This document shows positions 1 to 11,500 of a stretch of DNA of 64,000 bases, one piece after another. Each line of letters starts with the position of its first letter. The stretch's first letter is position 1. The DNA is from Podarcis pityusensis. Lineage: Eukaryota. The stretch lies in assembly GCA_964106645.2 (NCBI GenBank), contig OZ067046.1. One strand, given 5' to 3'. The translations under genes and the position numbers were made by a program. Below the pieces are notes generated by a model, which ran no database searches, was not told the DNA's origin, and saw nothing but the letters and a program-made list of their open reading frames with translations.

Positions 1-142
1 ACTCTTTGTGATCAGTATTTCAGAAACTACTTTCCTGTTTGGTTTGGCAAGGATATGTAGGCTTTGAAAAGGTATGTTGTAACTATTCAGGTGAAGGGAG
101 GCCCTAATGTCACCCCGAGGTTAGGAAAAGGGACTCTCTTTG

Positions 143-318
143 CAGGGATGGACTTTGGTAATATGGCGTCCTGAGCAAGCAGAAAATTTGGTGGCCTCCC
201 CTTCAATATTTCTTATTTTCACAATAATTCCTTTATTATTTTTTATTATTTGTGCCCCCCCCCTCAGCTCAGCACCCTGTGCGGATGAACTGCCTGCACC
301 ACCCTAAATACGGTGCTG
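143..318. mobile_element. Degenerate non-autonomous DNA transposon (hAT-like MITE)
   Basis: CAG...CTG ends flanked by direct repeat CTCTTTG (136-142 / 319-325). Confidence 0.5.
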
Positions 319-507
319 CTCTTTGTTAGATATTGAGATAGAAAGCATGCTTTTTGGTAATTCTATAAGGGAAATGGCAAAAGGGAGAGAAAAATACAGT
401 CACTTGTGTGGGGCTGAACTACATGTGATGCATGCACCTGCAAGCGACCCAAGTCAGCACGCATAAATAATAAAATTCACATTGCAACTGAAAAGGATAG
501 CCCCACC

Positions 508-678
508 CAGTGCTTTTCTTCCAGGGGTATGCATACCCATAAACATTTTGTGAATCTTTGTACTTTTGTCCATTTACTGTATTTATTTTTCCTGATTTGA
601 ACTATATAAAATGGTGGTTTCCTTCAGTCAAAATGAAAGTACCCTAAACACATTATTTTAGGGGGGGAGGAAGCACTG
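508..678. mobile_element. hAT-type MITE
   Basis: TIRs CAGTGCTT / AAGCACTG; 8-bp TSD gccccacc / accccacc. Confidence 0.75.
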
Positions 679-1487
679 ACCCCACCAATTCAAATACGGT
701 AGGATAGAAGGCTATTAATCAGATCAAGGAAGTAGTTATTTACTGCGACAGCATTAAGTGAAATCCAATGCCATTCTTTTAAAAAACAAAATCAAAACTA
801 AAGGATGTTTAAGTGCACACTTTAAAATGTAATGTATGAATTGATTTTGAGAGGAACTTGATAGCAATCAGGTTGTTTGGCATAGCTGGATTGTTGCAAC
901 AGGCTGGGAAACAGGTTGACAGATCTTCTGAATGCAGGGAGAAGCAGTTGAGAGTATGCATAATGCAGATCAGAAGGTATTTCTACAGAGTCAGGGGTGG
1001 GACACAAGCAGGGAGTGTTTTACGGTAACGCCTGCAGGAGCGACAAATAGGATGGAGTCTGCAAGTAGCCCACTGGCCTTGCGTTATGCAGGCCTATTTC
1101 ACGTGTTGCAAAATGAACTCTCATCTCTCTATCCCCACCCCCCTTTTGTGAGCGGTGTTCTCAAGCCAGGCATTTAAATCGGCATTTCCCTGGTGAAGAG
1201 GCCTTTCAGCTCACAATTCATTCAGTTTCACTGAATGCAATTTCAACAGGGAACCATGTCCTGCAACTGGCTGCACCTGTCTCAATAGCATTATGTTATA
1301 TATATTTGGGGTTTGTGGATTTAGGGTTTGAAACAAGTGTATATTAGACAATGAGAGCTTAATGCAGCTTTCTCCAGCCTGCTGCCCTCCAGGTGTTGTT
1401 GGGCAATAACATCCCTCATCCATGACCAATGGCCATGCTGACTACAGCTGATGGGAGTTATAATCCATGAACATTTGGTGGGAACTA

Positions 1488-1830
1488 GGACGCGGGTGGC
1501 GCTGTGGGTTAAACCACAGAGCCTAGGGCTTGCCGATCAGAAGGTCGGTGGTTCGAATCCCCGCGACGGGGTGAGCTCCCGTTGCTCGGTCCCAGCTCCT
1601 GCCCACCTAGCAGTTCAAAAGCACGTCAAAGTGCAAGTAGATAAACAGGTAACGCTCCGGCGGGAAGGTAAACGGCGTTTCTGTGCACTGCTCTGGTTCG
1701 CCAGAAGCAGCTTAGCCACATGACCTGGAAGCTGTACGCCAGCTCCCTCAGCCAATAAAGTGAGATGAGCGCCGCAACCCCAGAGTCGTCCGCTACTGGA
1801 CCTAATGGTCAGGGGGTCCCTTTACCTTTA
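1488..1830 (+). mobile_element. Sauria SINE, full length, nested in a hairpin MITE
   Basis: tRNA-like head GGACGCGGGTGGCGCTGTGGGTTAA...GGTTCGAATCC, Sauria body, (ACCTTT) tail; CpG-rich. Confidence 0.9.
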
Positions 1831-3597
1831 GGCTTGGGAAAGGTGGCATCAGAAATTATTATGGCCAGCTTTTGAAAGCCACAGCCATATTAGTCAAAAC
1901 TCATAGAGAACTTCTCTTGCGCTGCACCCTTCAAGTGTGTTTATGCCTTTCCCCAGATGACTATAACCTGTCTGAGGCTCCTGCTGCAGAAAACTAAGGA
2001 TCACTTATCCCATTTTGGTTAGATGTATATCCTTCTCCTATGCATCCACCTCAGGAAAAACACATTTTATAAGTGAAGGGACTCTGCACAGTGCTTGATT
2101 TGCCAGTCCTTGTGACAATCATAAGTCACTCCTGTTACTAGAGCCGTTCTTCAAGGTTTTCTTTTTCCAATAATAAAAAAGGAACCTATCCATTTTGGTT
2201 TGGTTTCTTTTAACACCCTGAACGAATCTCTAATTGGATAAACCCACAAGGCATGCAGAATGGAAAGTCATAGTCTCCCTGAAGCATTAGGGAGCACCAA
2301 AGAAGTCAGCGTTGGATCTGCAGACAAGCACATTTATCACTTGTGGAATAAAGGAGAGACAAGCTAACCAGTGGCAGAAATACACACCAACCCAGTGGAA
2401 GCTGGCCCATAAGGGCAGGGTGGACGTGCTGCTCTCACCAACCTCAGGCTGCCCTCGGACAGTCTCCACCTGCCTGCTTTCTTCTTACTCCCAGTCTGGA
2501 GGGTGATGTTGATTGTCTGCTTCCTCTGTCTATGTTAGGGCTGCCATATGTCTGAGTTTTCTTGGACACGCCTGGAATCAGACTGTCAAAATTGCAACTA
2601 GGGCGATTTTTTAAAAAAGAAACATGCTTTTAAAATGCAAAAAAAAAAACCCTAAAAAACTTCACACACACCCCATAAAAAAGGTCAACAACTTTCTCCA
2701 GATTTTCACTTTGGTGAGTATGACATCCCTATGTTGCCCTTGTACACTCCAGCAGGGAAGAGGATGGGGACAAAACTATAAACAGGTGGCCTTGCCTCTC
2801 ATTGGCCCTAACCCCACCTACTGTTGGTCTCCGTGCCTCTCCCATTCCCAATATGCACCAGCCGCCACTGCACTAACCTGTTTGTAGGGATGTTTGTAGG
2901 CCGCACCCCAAATTTTCCTATAACTTGAGCCGTTATTCTCAAATAATTTACCTCAAAGCAACTTGATTTCCCTCAGTAGATTATTTCATGTTTGGGGGGG
3001 AGGGGCTTTGAGCAGCAATACTTTTGATTCCTTACTTATTTCCAATGTAATATTTATGATGTTCTTGTTAATACTGCATAATATTTTTATGTAATTGTTA
3101 ATTCATGGTGAGAAGCACTTTAGCTTTTTGTCAGTGAGTACTGGGGAGGACTTTGCAACTTGCAGTAGGAGTCCGTGCTGTGACTGAGGGACTTAACAAG
3201 GAAGAGAGTCTGGTAAAGATAATGGTGTAGGATGCACCATTAGGCCCTGGCTGCAGATCCACTTTTAGTGGATCGAACAGATGGGGATGGAACTAGCTGG
3301 CAACAAAAAGACTGCTGCTGTTAATGGAACACAGTGGCTAAGGGCCAAAATATGTTAGCTAAACATCTGTGTTTTGAAGTGCAGCAATTTAAATTGTGTT
3401 ACCCAAACTGTTAGCCCTGGCTGCTCAATCTGGATTGGGAACCTGGGGTGGGGGACTGGGGGAGCTGTATCCCTTTAACCCCTGCTGTGGTCCTGATCCA
3501 GATCAGTACCTCCTCCACCATGCCTTCAATTTGGACTGAGGGGTAATAGAAGTCCCATTCGTTTCAACTGAATCTGGGGCTAGGGGGCAGCTTTCAC

Positions 3598-3628
<31 letters not shown>

Positions 3629-3715
3629 TTATTATTTATACCCTGTCCATCTGGCTGGGCTCTCCCAGCCACTCTGGGCGGCTTCCAAAAAAAAAATTAA
3701 AATACTGTAATACAT
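3598..3715 (-). mobile_element. Short 3' end of an L2-like LINE with adjoining (AAC)n microsatellite
   Basis: Shares TTTATACCC...CCAGCCACTCTGGGCGGCTTCC with the copies at 25800 and 55040. Confidence 0.65.
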
Positions 3716-3844
3716 TCTATCTTTGTTCTCCTGCAATTCCCAGCCACATTGACACACACCAGATAGAATATGGTTCTAACAGAAGGGAGGCAAGAGACCT
3801 GCTCAAACGATGCAAGGGCTACAGTCCTAAGCGCTGTTACTAAA

Positions 3845-4130
3845 GGCTCATCTATAATGCTGTTTAATGTGAATTGTAAGCTTCCTGTGCCTCCATTAAT
3901 TCTCCGTTGTCCATATGATGGTCACCTCTAAATCACTGCCTTCCCATACTTCCTTCTCCCTCAATCCAGATTTTCTCATACCAGGGATACTCCAAAAAAG
4001 GAAGAGTATGAGAAAATCTGGATCGAGGGAGTGGGAAGTATGATTTAGAGGATAATGTCAAACAACTGGGGATTAGTGGGGGAACAGGAAGCTTACTATC
4101 CACATTAAACAATGGTGTGGATGAGACCCA
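3845..4130. repeat. ~285-bp imperfect inverted repeat (hairpin MITE-like)
   Basis: TGTTTAATGTG 3861 / CACATTAAACA 4101; inner stem TCCAGATTTTCTCATAC / GTATGAGAAAATCTGGA. Confidence 0.8.
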
Positions 4131-5616
4131 AGTCCCAAGGAGACTCTCTGTGATTTACATACATGTTGAAGATCGGGCTGTAGATCTCAAAATGTGTGCC
4201 CTCAATATTCAATGGCTTCACCATTTCAAGCCTTTCCATGGGGGGCAAGAAGGGGGGCAGCTGCTCCCCTAAATCAGGAAAAATCAATACAAATCAATAC
4301 AAAGATGAGGTTCTGCTTTCCCTAACAAAAGCCTGTCCCCCCAAGAAAAAATCCTGGCTATGCCCACACAGCCTTTCCATTCTGTTCCTTTTTTGAAGAA
4401 GCTCATGCATTCATCAGTATAGCATTGTACATCTTCCTGAATGGGAGGGGCAGGGGTGGAGAGAAACACAGCCTACTCGTTTTCACATCTACCTTTTGAA
4501 AGACAAATGAAATGGAGAAGTTTGCAAAGGGAGGCATTCCCACCAGCAGCTCTGTTTCATTCCACAGCACCGTGACTGAGGGCTTGGTGTGGATATTGCA
4601 AAGGAATGCATGGAGTTGAGAGGATAAGCTTTAATCCATTTATGGTTTTGGTACATTAGGAATGGTGGGCATTAGCACCTAGAAAGGGCAGAATAGTTCT
4701 CTCAGATTTCCGTGTAAATAGGCTCTGGGGAAGGTGAATGACAGAGTAGACTATCCTGTTTTTGGGGTTTTTTTGTAAGGATGAACGGATTAGTTTTAAC
4801 CCAGAGAAAGGCAATCCTTCCTTGCAGTACTATAAGCCTTTAAGAACAAAATGACTACTTGAAAAAAATTATCTAAGAACAAACAAGTATTACCACACAG
4901 GTATTTACATGTTGTTCTGGCATCATTGTACAGAGCACGTGAAATCCAGTTCTTTGAGAATCCACCCAATGGAGATATATTACCAAGGTCATAAATTTCC
5001 CATCTAGCTTTCTATCTTCTCTTGCATCAGAGTACCCTGATTCAAATATACAAACAAATTGGGTTAAATAATGCATATGTATAGTAGCAATTATATATAG
5101 GCGTGCATCTAATACTCAAAACTATACAATTAAAAAAAAAGAAATAGAAATCATAAATGGACAGGTCTCTCATTTTTGTTTCCTTCTCCTCCTGTTATAT
5201 CACTCTTCAGAAAATGCTCCAATATCCTTCATTTGTTTCCCTTCCCCCTCCCTTTTTGGCAAATAATTTTAATGTCTCACTCAAAAAAAAGCACCCAAAG
5301 GTATATGATGATGGGAACTGGTCCAGGAGTGAAGATGCAGTTAAGCAACCTCATGGGTTATTGTGACATATTTACCAAACATTTCCCCAGATATACAGGA
5401 ATTGACTTTGATATGCAAAACAGGTTTTTATTTAATCAGATCCACACTGCGTAACTTACCATAACTTTAATATAGTCCTCTATAAGCAACAGTGAACTCT
5501 TCTGTCAAACTGTAATTTACAGTGCATAAAAGGGGTATTTAAAAGCACACACAGAACCCTATACAGATGGAGTACTGAAATATTTTGTTCATTACCTTTT
5601 GCTCTATCTTCTACAT

Positions 5617-5865
5617 CATGGGTCAGCAACCTTTTTCAGCTGTGGACCGGTCCACCATTCCTCAGACCATGTGGTGGGCCAGACTATATGGGGGGGGGGG
5701 AATGAACGAATTCCGATGCCCCACAAATAACCCAGAGATGCATTTTAAATAAAAGGACACATTCTACTCATGTAAAAACACGCTGATTCCTGGACTGTCC
5801 GTGGGCCGGTTCGAGAAGGCGATTGGGCTGTATCTGGCTCCCGGGCCTTAGTTTGCCTACCCCTG
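5617..5865. mobile_element. hAT-type MITE
   Basis: Ends CATGGGTCAGCAA / TTGCCTACCCCTG; TSD ttctacat / atctacat. Confidence 0.75.
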
Positions 5866-7137
5866 ATCTACATTAATAAGCAGAAAGGTTTTTTTCTTCT
5901 GAAATGTTTTCCTGGTCAATCAACAGCAACATACTGGTAGTTCCTTTTCAATTTAAAGAGCAAGTCAGTGAACCCCAAAAAAGAGAAAGCGTATTGATAC
6001 CAATTCAAAAACATGGCTACGTGAATACACAAAAGTGCATAAATTAAATATATCTGTTTGGGTTATATATAGGTATAACTCTAGTATCAGACTGCAGCAG
6101 CTTATAGGTAAGATAACATAAGTTAGTGGCATCAGTAGATATGACACAGCTCATTAAAATATGATGTTGTAGTAGCTGGTGTGCAAGAGCTATGATGACC
6201 TTATGTGGAATCAATGCACTTCAGTGCTGGAGTGTTAAGAACATAAAGTTACCTGTACAGATCCCTGCCTTTAAAAATACACACACACACACACACACCA
6301 CCCTTAATTTTCTGGCCAATGAATGGGGACAGAATATGCTTCCCTTCAGTTTTGCAACCCCAGGACACTCTGTTGGAGCAGAGTGATCTTTCTGGCAGGC
6401 AGAGAGGATGGATGCAATGCGAACATTTAGCATTAATAGTTGGATATTGCAACCCCTGGTGTTTGGTTATATTATTGGGGGAGCAATAAAGAATTATGTA
6501 AGTTGGAAATTATGACACTAGTCCCTGCTGAGTATGTGTAGCTATGGGCAGGGTCTCAAAGAGAGGGACTAGTACAAAGATCTGGCTAAAGTTACACAAA
6601 AGCCTCTCTTTCACAGTGGCAGACATAGACTAGATTTTAAAATCTAGTTGCTATACATAGATGCCACTGGATAAAAATGCTCTCCCGAGACACAAAATGT
6701 GAGACAGAGGGGAGAGGTACGAATTATGCCACTTAATAACAGGCTGGTTTAATGGTTTGAAAACAGAATAGCAAAATGATACTTCAAGCATTCCCCCCCC
6801 CCCCAATACTGTTTCAATACTGAAAGAATACCTTTCAGTACTGAAAGAATACCTTTTGGGTGTCTCTCCATCAAACTTTTGCTCATGATAGAGACTTGAG
6901 TCTGTCTCCTAGTCCTCTCCCTTCTCCAGTTCCTCTGAGAGGAACACAGGCAGCTGCATTAGTTAAGACCATTGGTCCATCTAGTGGAGTATTCAGATGG
7001 GACATTCTCTGCCCTACCTGGGGATACATCTTGGCACCTTGTGCAAGTCCCATTCTCACAGGTATTTACCAGAAAGAGGGGGGAGGGATGTAAACTTTGG
7101 CAAGCTCTATGAGTTACCTCTGTGGGCAACTAATCAT

Positions 7138-7440
7138 GTTTGTTGTCGTTTAGTCGTGTCTGACTCTTTGTGGCCCCATGGACCAGAGCACACCAGGCAC
7201 TCCTGTCTTCCACTGCCTCCTGCAGGTTGGTCAAACTCATGCTGGTAGCTTCGAGAACACTGTCCAACCATCTCGTCCTCTGTCGTACCCTTCTCCTTGT
7301 GCCCTCCATCTTTCCCAACATCAGGGTCTTTTCCAGGGAGTCTTCCCTTCTCATGAGGTGGCCAAAGTATTGGAGCCTCAGCTTCATGATCTGTCCTTCC
7401 AGTGAACACTCAGGGCTGATTTCCTTAAGAATGGGTAGGT
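7138..7440 (-). mobile_element. Bov-B (RTE LINE) 3' fragment
   Basis: Minus-strand ORF ILKEISPECSLEGQIMKLRLQYFGHLMRREDSLEKTLMLGK; nearly identical to the copy at 44915; (CAA) tail. Confidence 0.92.
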
Positions 7441-8429
7441 TTACTGAGAAGTAATTCAGCGGCAAATGTGCAGTCAAAGAACACTCTCCCCCCACCCCAT
7501 ATAAAAAGGGTGGTAGGTTTGTTTCATTTATTTGAGGGGTAAGCACTGAAGTGATGCTGCTTCCTAGGATTTGTTCTCCCGGGCCACAGATCCCATGGAA
7601 CTCATGGAGACATGCTTCTGAGTAGACCGTGTAGAACTGCCCTGTTAAGCTGGGTGCTTGAAGGTGTAAGGGGTGTGCGCACGTTTTTGTTTTTGTTTGT
7701 TTTGGCTTGCTCTTGCTTCTTAAAGGGCTTAATTTTGATGGATGCTTGGTTCTTCCAGAGAACCTGTTTTTTCCCCTGAGCAGGTCTCATTCCACAGAAC
7801 ATGTGATGCAATAAATCAGTTTCCAGAGGGCAGTTGCGCTGAACTAATCCCTTCCTTACAACAACAACAACAACAAGCGAGGTGGCGCGCTGTGGAGTCT
7901 TACGCCGCCTTTTAATTATTAGCCGCTTTATGGCGGCATCAGCTTTCGCGGACCAGACCCTCGATCCTTAATGCGCATCCACAGCTAGGTGGCGCGAGCT
8001 GCGGTAGGCGGCGGGCAGGCGAGCGCACGCCGCGGGTCCCTTGAGAATGCGCAGAGCGCAGCCCTTCCGCCCGCGCGCAGTCCCTCCCTCCTCTGCAACT
8101 CCGAGTTCCAGGCCAACCCCGAAACACTGGCTCTGCCCCGTGGCGCCCTGTGACTGACTGCGCCCGGCCTTCCTCCTCGTCCTCGTCCTCGTCCTCCCAA
8201 ATTCCGATTGGCTGTGGGCGCAAAGGAGAGGACGCCGTCTGGTTGACTGGCCAGCCTCCTGAGGGTCCTAGTGCCCCAGCTCTCTTTGCGCTTGCAGGAA
8301 AGGCGGGCCCGACGCGACGTAGCCACACGCTCTGCTGCCCCAGCTCCGGCCGGGGGTGTTTCGTTTCGTTTCCTTTTTTTCTTTTTTGCGGGCCGCTTAA
8401 ATAGGACGGGCCGGGCGCTCCAGCTGCAG

Positions 8430-8498
8430 AGCGCCTCGTCGTTGTAGCCGTCGCCACAGCCGTCGCCGCTTGGCCAGGGGCGAGACGAAAGCAGGTGG
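8430..8498 (+). other. ACSL1: Putative non-coding exon 1 of ACSL1
   Basis: Starts ~30 nt after TTAAATA and ends at tandem donors CAG|GTGGGT (8494) or TGG|GTGAGT (8498). Start position is inferred. Confidence 0.6.
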
Positions 8499-8785
8499 GT
8501 GAGTCAGCCCGCCAAGACCGGCGCCTGTCATCCCGCAAGGAGAGGGTTGAGCCCGGCGCGCGGCGGGAGAAGCTTCCGCGGCCCGCGGGGACTTTCCCGC
8601 TTCTTCCCCCGCCTAGAGCCGCTTTCCTCGAGGCGGACCTTTCCTTCCCGGCCGCCGCCGCCGCCTCTGTGGCTGCTGCCGGGAAAGGGGGCGGGGAAGA
8701 GGGGGTCGCCCTGGCTCGAGAGCCGCACGTCAGGAAGCCGAAGCTTTCCGCAAGGGGCCTCCCCGCCATACGTAGGCCGACTGGA

Positions 8786-8790
<5 letters not shown>

Positions 8791-8820
<30 letters not shown>
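8791..8820. repeat. (GCC)10 microsatellite in the ACSL1 CpG island
   Basis: Ten pure GCC units. Confidence 0.95.
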
Positions 8821-8822
<2 letters not shown>

Positions 8823-9146
8823 GGTTTGCGGGGACCAGGCGAGCCTTGCCATCGAGCCGAGGTCGGTCGCAGCATCTTCGGGGGGAGGGGAGGCCTTGGC
8901 GGGAGGTGGTTTGGGGGAGATGATGTTCCAGGTTGTCTAGAGCTCTGGAGATGGCTGGCACTGGGCACCTCCGCATGCCGCCCCCGGCGAGTCTGAAGGC
9001 GCAGATGGACGCAGATTTTCTCATTATGGTGACGGGGGAAGTGGTTTGTCTTTTGGACAAGCGTTTGCTGCATTCCGAGGCACTGAATGGCAGGGCAGGG
9101 GAAGGGGAGAGTAATCCATTTTTCTCCACCGCACTTGGAATGTGTG

Positions 9147-9148
<2 letters not shown>

Positions 9149-9184
<36 letters not shown>
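9149..9184. repeat. (ATT)12 microsatellite
   Basis: Read directly. Confidence 0.95.
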
Positions 9185-11289
9185 TGCCACCACCCTAAAA
9201 CTAGGAGAGCTTTTGCATATGGGCCTGTAAAAAGGTGCAGCTAGTCAGGTCAACAGTGCTGCCCACTTTACCACTAACTTGCTGTCCCTTGGGCTGGCTT
9301 CTTATCACATGATGGAACTTTCCTGGCTTGCTTAAGCACCATCAGGGTTTGGTAGAACAGCTCAGTGTAACGATATTGTTATTTGGAGGTGGGATCTGCC
9401 TTACAGCGGTCCTTGGACAGCTGCCCAACCAGTTGGGATAGGCATGAAATGCTTTTAGGTAAAAGTGTCTAATGGTAGCATTGCTGCAGAAATAGTAATT
9501 TATTATGGACCAGGCCATTCTGTTCCCATTTAGGATTGCCATATTTCAAAAAGTAAAAACCAGGACACCCCGAAAGTTGTCAAGCTTCTTTTTTTTTTTA
9601 GGAAGCCACTGAAATGCTGTGACAAATAGGTGCAGAATATTCAACAGGTTTAGCAATAGAAGTAGGAATCTTCTTCCTTGAGGATAAAAGGCTGTGGCTT
9701 CATTTCAATATTTGAACAATGGTGATCAGGCTAACCAGAGCTCATTTGGAAGCATATTCATCATGTTTTACTGTTGGATATGTGTCAGTTTTGGTTGATG
9801 GTCAGATTATTGCTGTGGTGGTTTAATGTCCTCTATTTTGGGTGCTTGGATAGCTTCTCACAGGTATGTAGAAAGCAGAAGAGAGGACACTTTGGCGGGT
9901 AGAAGAGGGGAAAAGGAGGGAGTATGATAAAGGAATAGGCAGACGTAACCCCTATAGTATCACAAATTTGCCTAAGAGTAAAAGATGGGGTAGATACCTT
10001 CTGAGTGGATGTTTGCTTGAGTCATATTGCTTAGTGCAAAGTGGCTCCAAAAGCAGCTTAATGAGACTCTTGCTGGGAGTTTTTTCTAGGTAGCTCTTAA
10101 CTACACACTAAAAAGGTAGTGATAATCCAAAATATACTATACTTTTAGTAAGGTAAAATTAGTCTTTGATCTCTTAGTGGAATGCTTTTCGAATTAACAT
10201 TTACTATCATTACTAAGAGTCGTGTTGTGCTAGAGGGCCTTATGCCCCTTGGGTTCCTCGCTTTTAAATGCTCTTATGGTGCCAGAAGTTCTGGTACTGT
10301 TTCTACTTGTTTGCTTGCCATAGGACTAGAGTGGTGGCCTTCCAGATGTTGTTGGGCTTCAACTCCTATCAGCCTCAGCCAGCAAGGCAAACAGCCAGGG
10401 ATGATGGGTGTTGTGATACACTTTCAGTTGAAAGGATAGCCAGCTTAGCCATCACTTACAGCAGAAATAAAACTTTAGAGGCTAACAAATATGTGGTTCC
10501 ACAAATTTTCATCAGTCACCAAGAATGAAGGACTGTAGTCCCAGAAAGCTCATTCCCTAATAAATTGGTCTTTAACAGTGGCAGAACGTATGCCAGTGTT
10601 GCCCGGGGTGGGCGTATGGGACGTGCCCCTGAGGGGGGCGCGTGCCACAGTTCAGAGTTAGGAGAGGGGTGAGGAAGCTGCTGCCCACTCTCTTCTTACT
10701 CTCCACTGTCAGGTCAGGCCTGACCCGGGGCCGGAGTTGTGCCAGGCCCAAGCACTGCAGCCTCGGTGCAGCTCCTTCTGGCCAGGATCCGATGAAGGAG
10801 CCTACTCTGGGGCCACAGCACACACACACCCTCCCACGCTTCACCTCTGATCCTTAATGTTTGTTTTTGGTTGCTCTGATAAAATCATACTGTGGTCTAC
10901 TTTACAGGATCGCTGTGAGGATAAAGCAACTATCAAACACTTTGCCAAACTTAAAATGCTATTAAAACAAGTAGAATGGTGCAGAGAATGGTCCAGATGA
11001 GAACTCAGTGTGCAGAGCCTATATGTAGTATACTTAGGGTCATGGATAGCACCCTGCCCGTACCCTCCACCCAGGCAAACCTGTCCTAGCAGATAGCCAC
11101 ATACTGCATTTGCTGAGGACCCACATGTAAAGTCTGGTTTTTGTAGGTCTGAATATCCTGATTGTGTTCCCAATGCTTTTCTCTTCTTTGATTTTCAGAT
11201 AGACTTTTTCCAAGATTCCAAACTTGGTCACCCCTTTCTCAATTCAAAAATTGGGAGTAAGCAGGTGGGAGACACATTTTATTTTGCTT

Positions 11290-11500
11290 GTTCTTTATTT
11301 ATCAGTTTTACATTTATATCCATTCCACCTTTCATCCAAGGAACTCAAGGTGGCACTTGCGCACCCACTTTCCCCCATGTTATTCTTGCAACCACCCTGT
11401 GAGGTATGTTAGATTGAGAGACTGTGAATGACCCAAGGTCACACAGGAACCTTTGTGCCTGAGTAGGTGACTTTTACCCTGATCTCCCAGGTCTTAGTCC
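11290..11500 (-). mobile_element. Old MIR/CORE-like SINE fragment
   Basis: CCACCCTGTGAGGTA...GACCCAAGGTCACACAG resembles the MIR/CORE core. Confidence 0.55.

Larger units (their letters stand above)
7870..9060 (+). promoter_or_regulatory. ACSL1: CpG island / ACSL1 main promoter
   Basis: Abrupt GC- and CpG-rich block; reverse CCAAT (ATTGG 8207-8211); GC boxes; TATA-like TTAAATA 8397-8403. Confidence 0.85.

Noticed and set aside
6815-6856. 21-bp tandem duplication CA(A/G)TACTGAAAGAATACCTTT
   Set aside because: Simple slippage duplication with no spacer; not CRISPR-like or evidently functional.
7939-9150. 403-aa minus-strand ORF and overlapping ORFs
   Set aside because: By-product of a stop-poor CpG island with GCC and ATT repeats; low-complexity R/G/A/P sequence with no recognisable domain.
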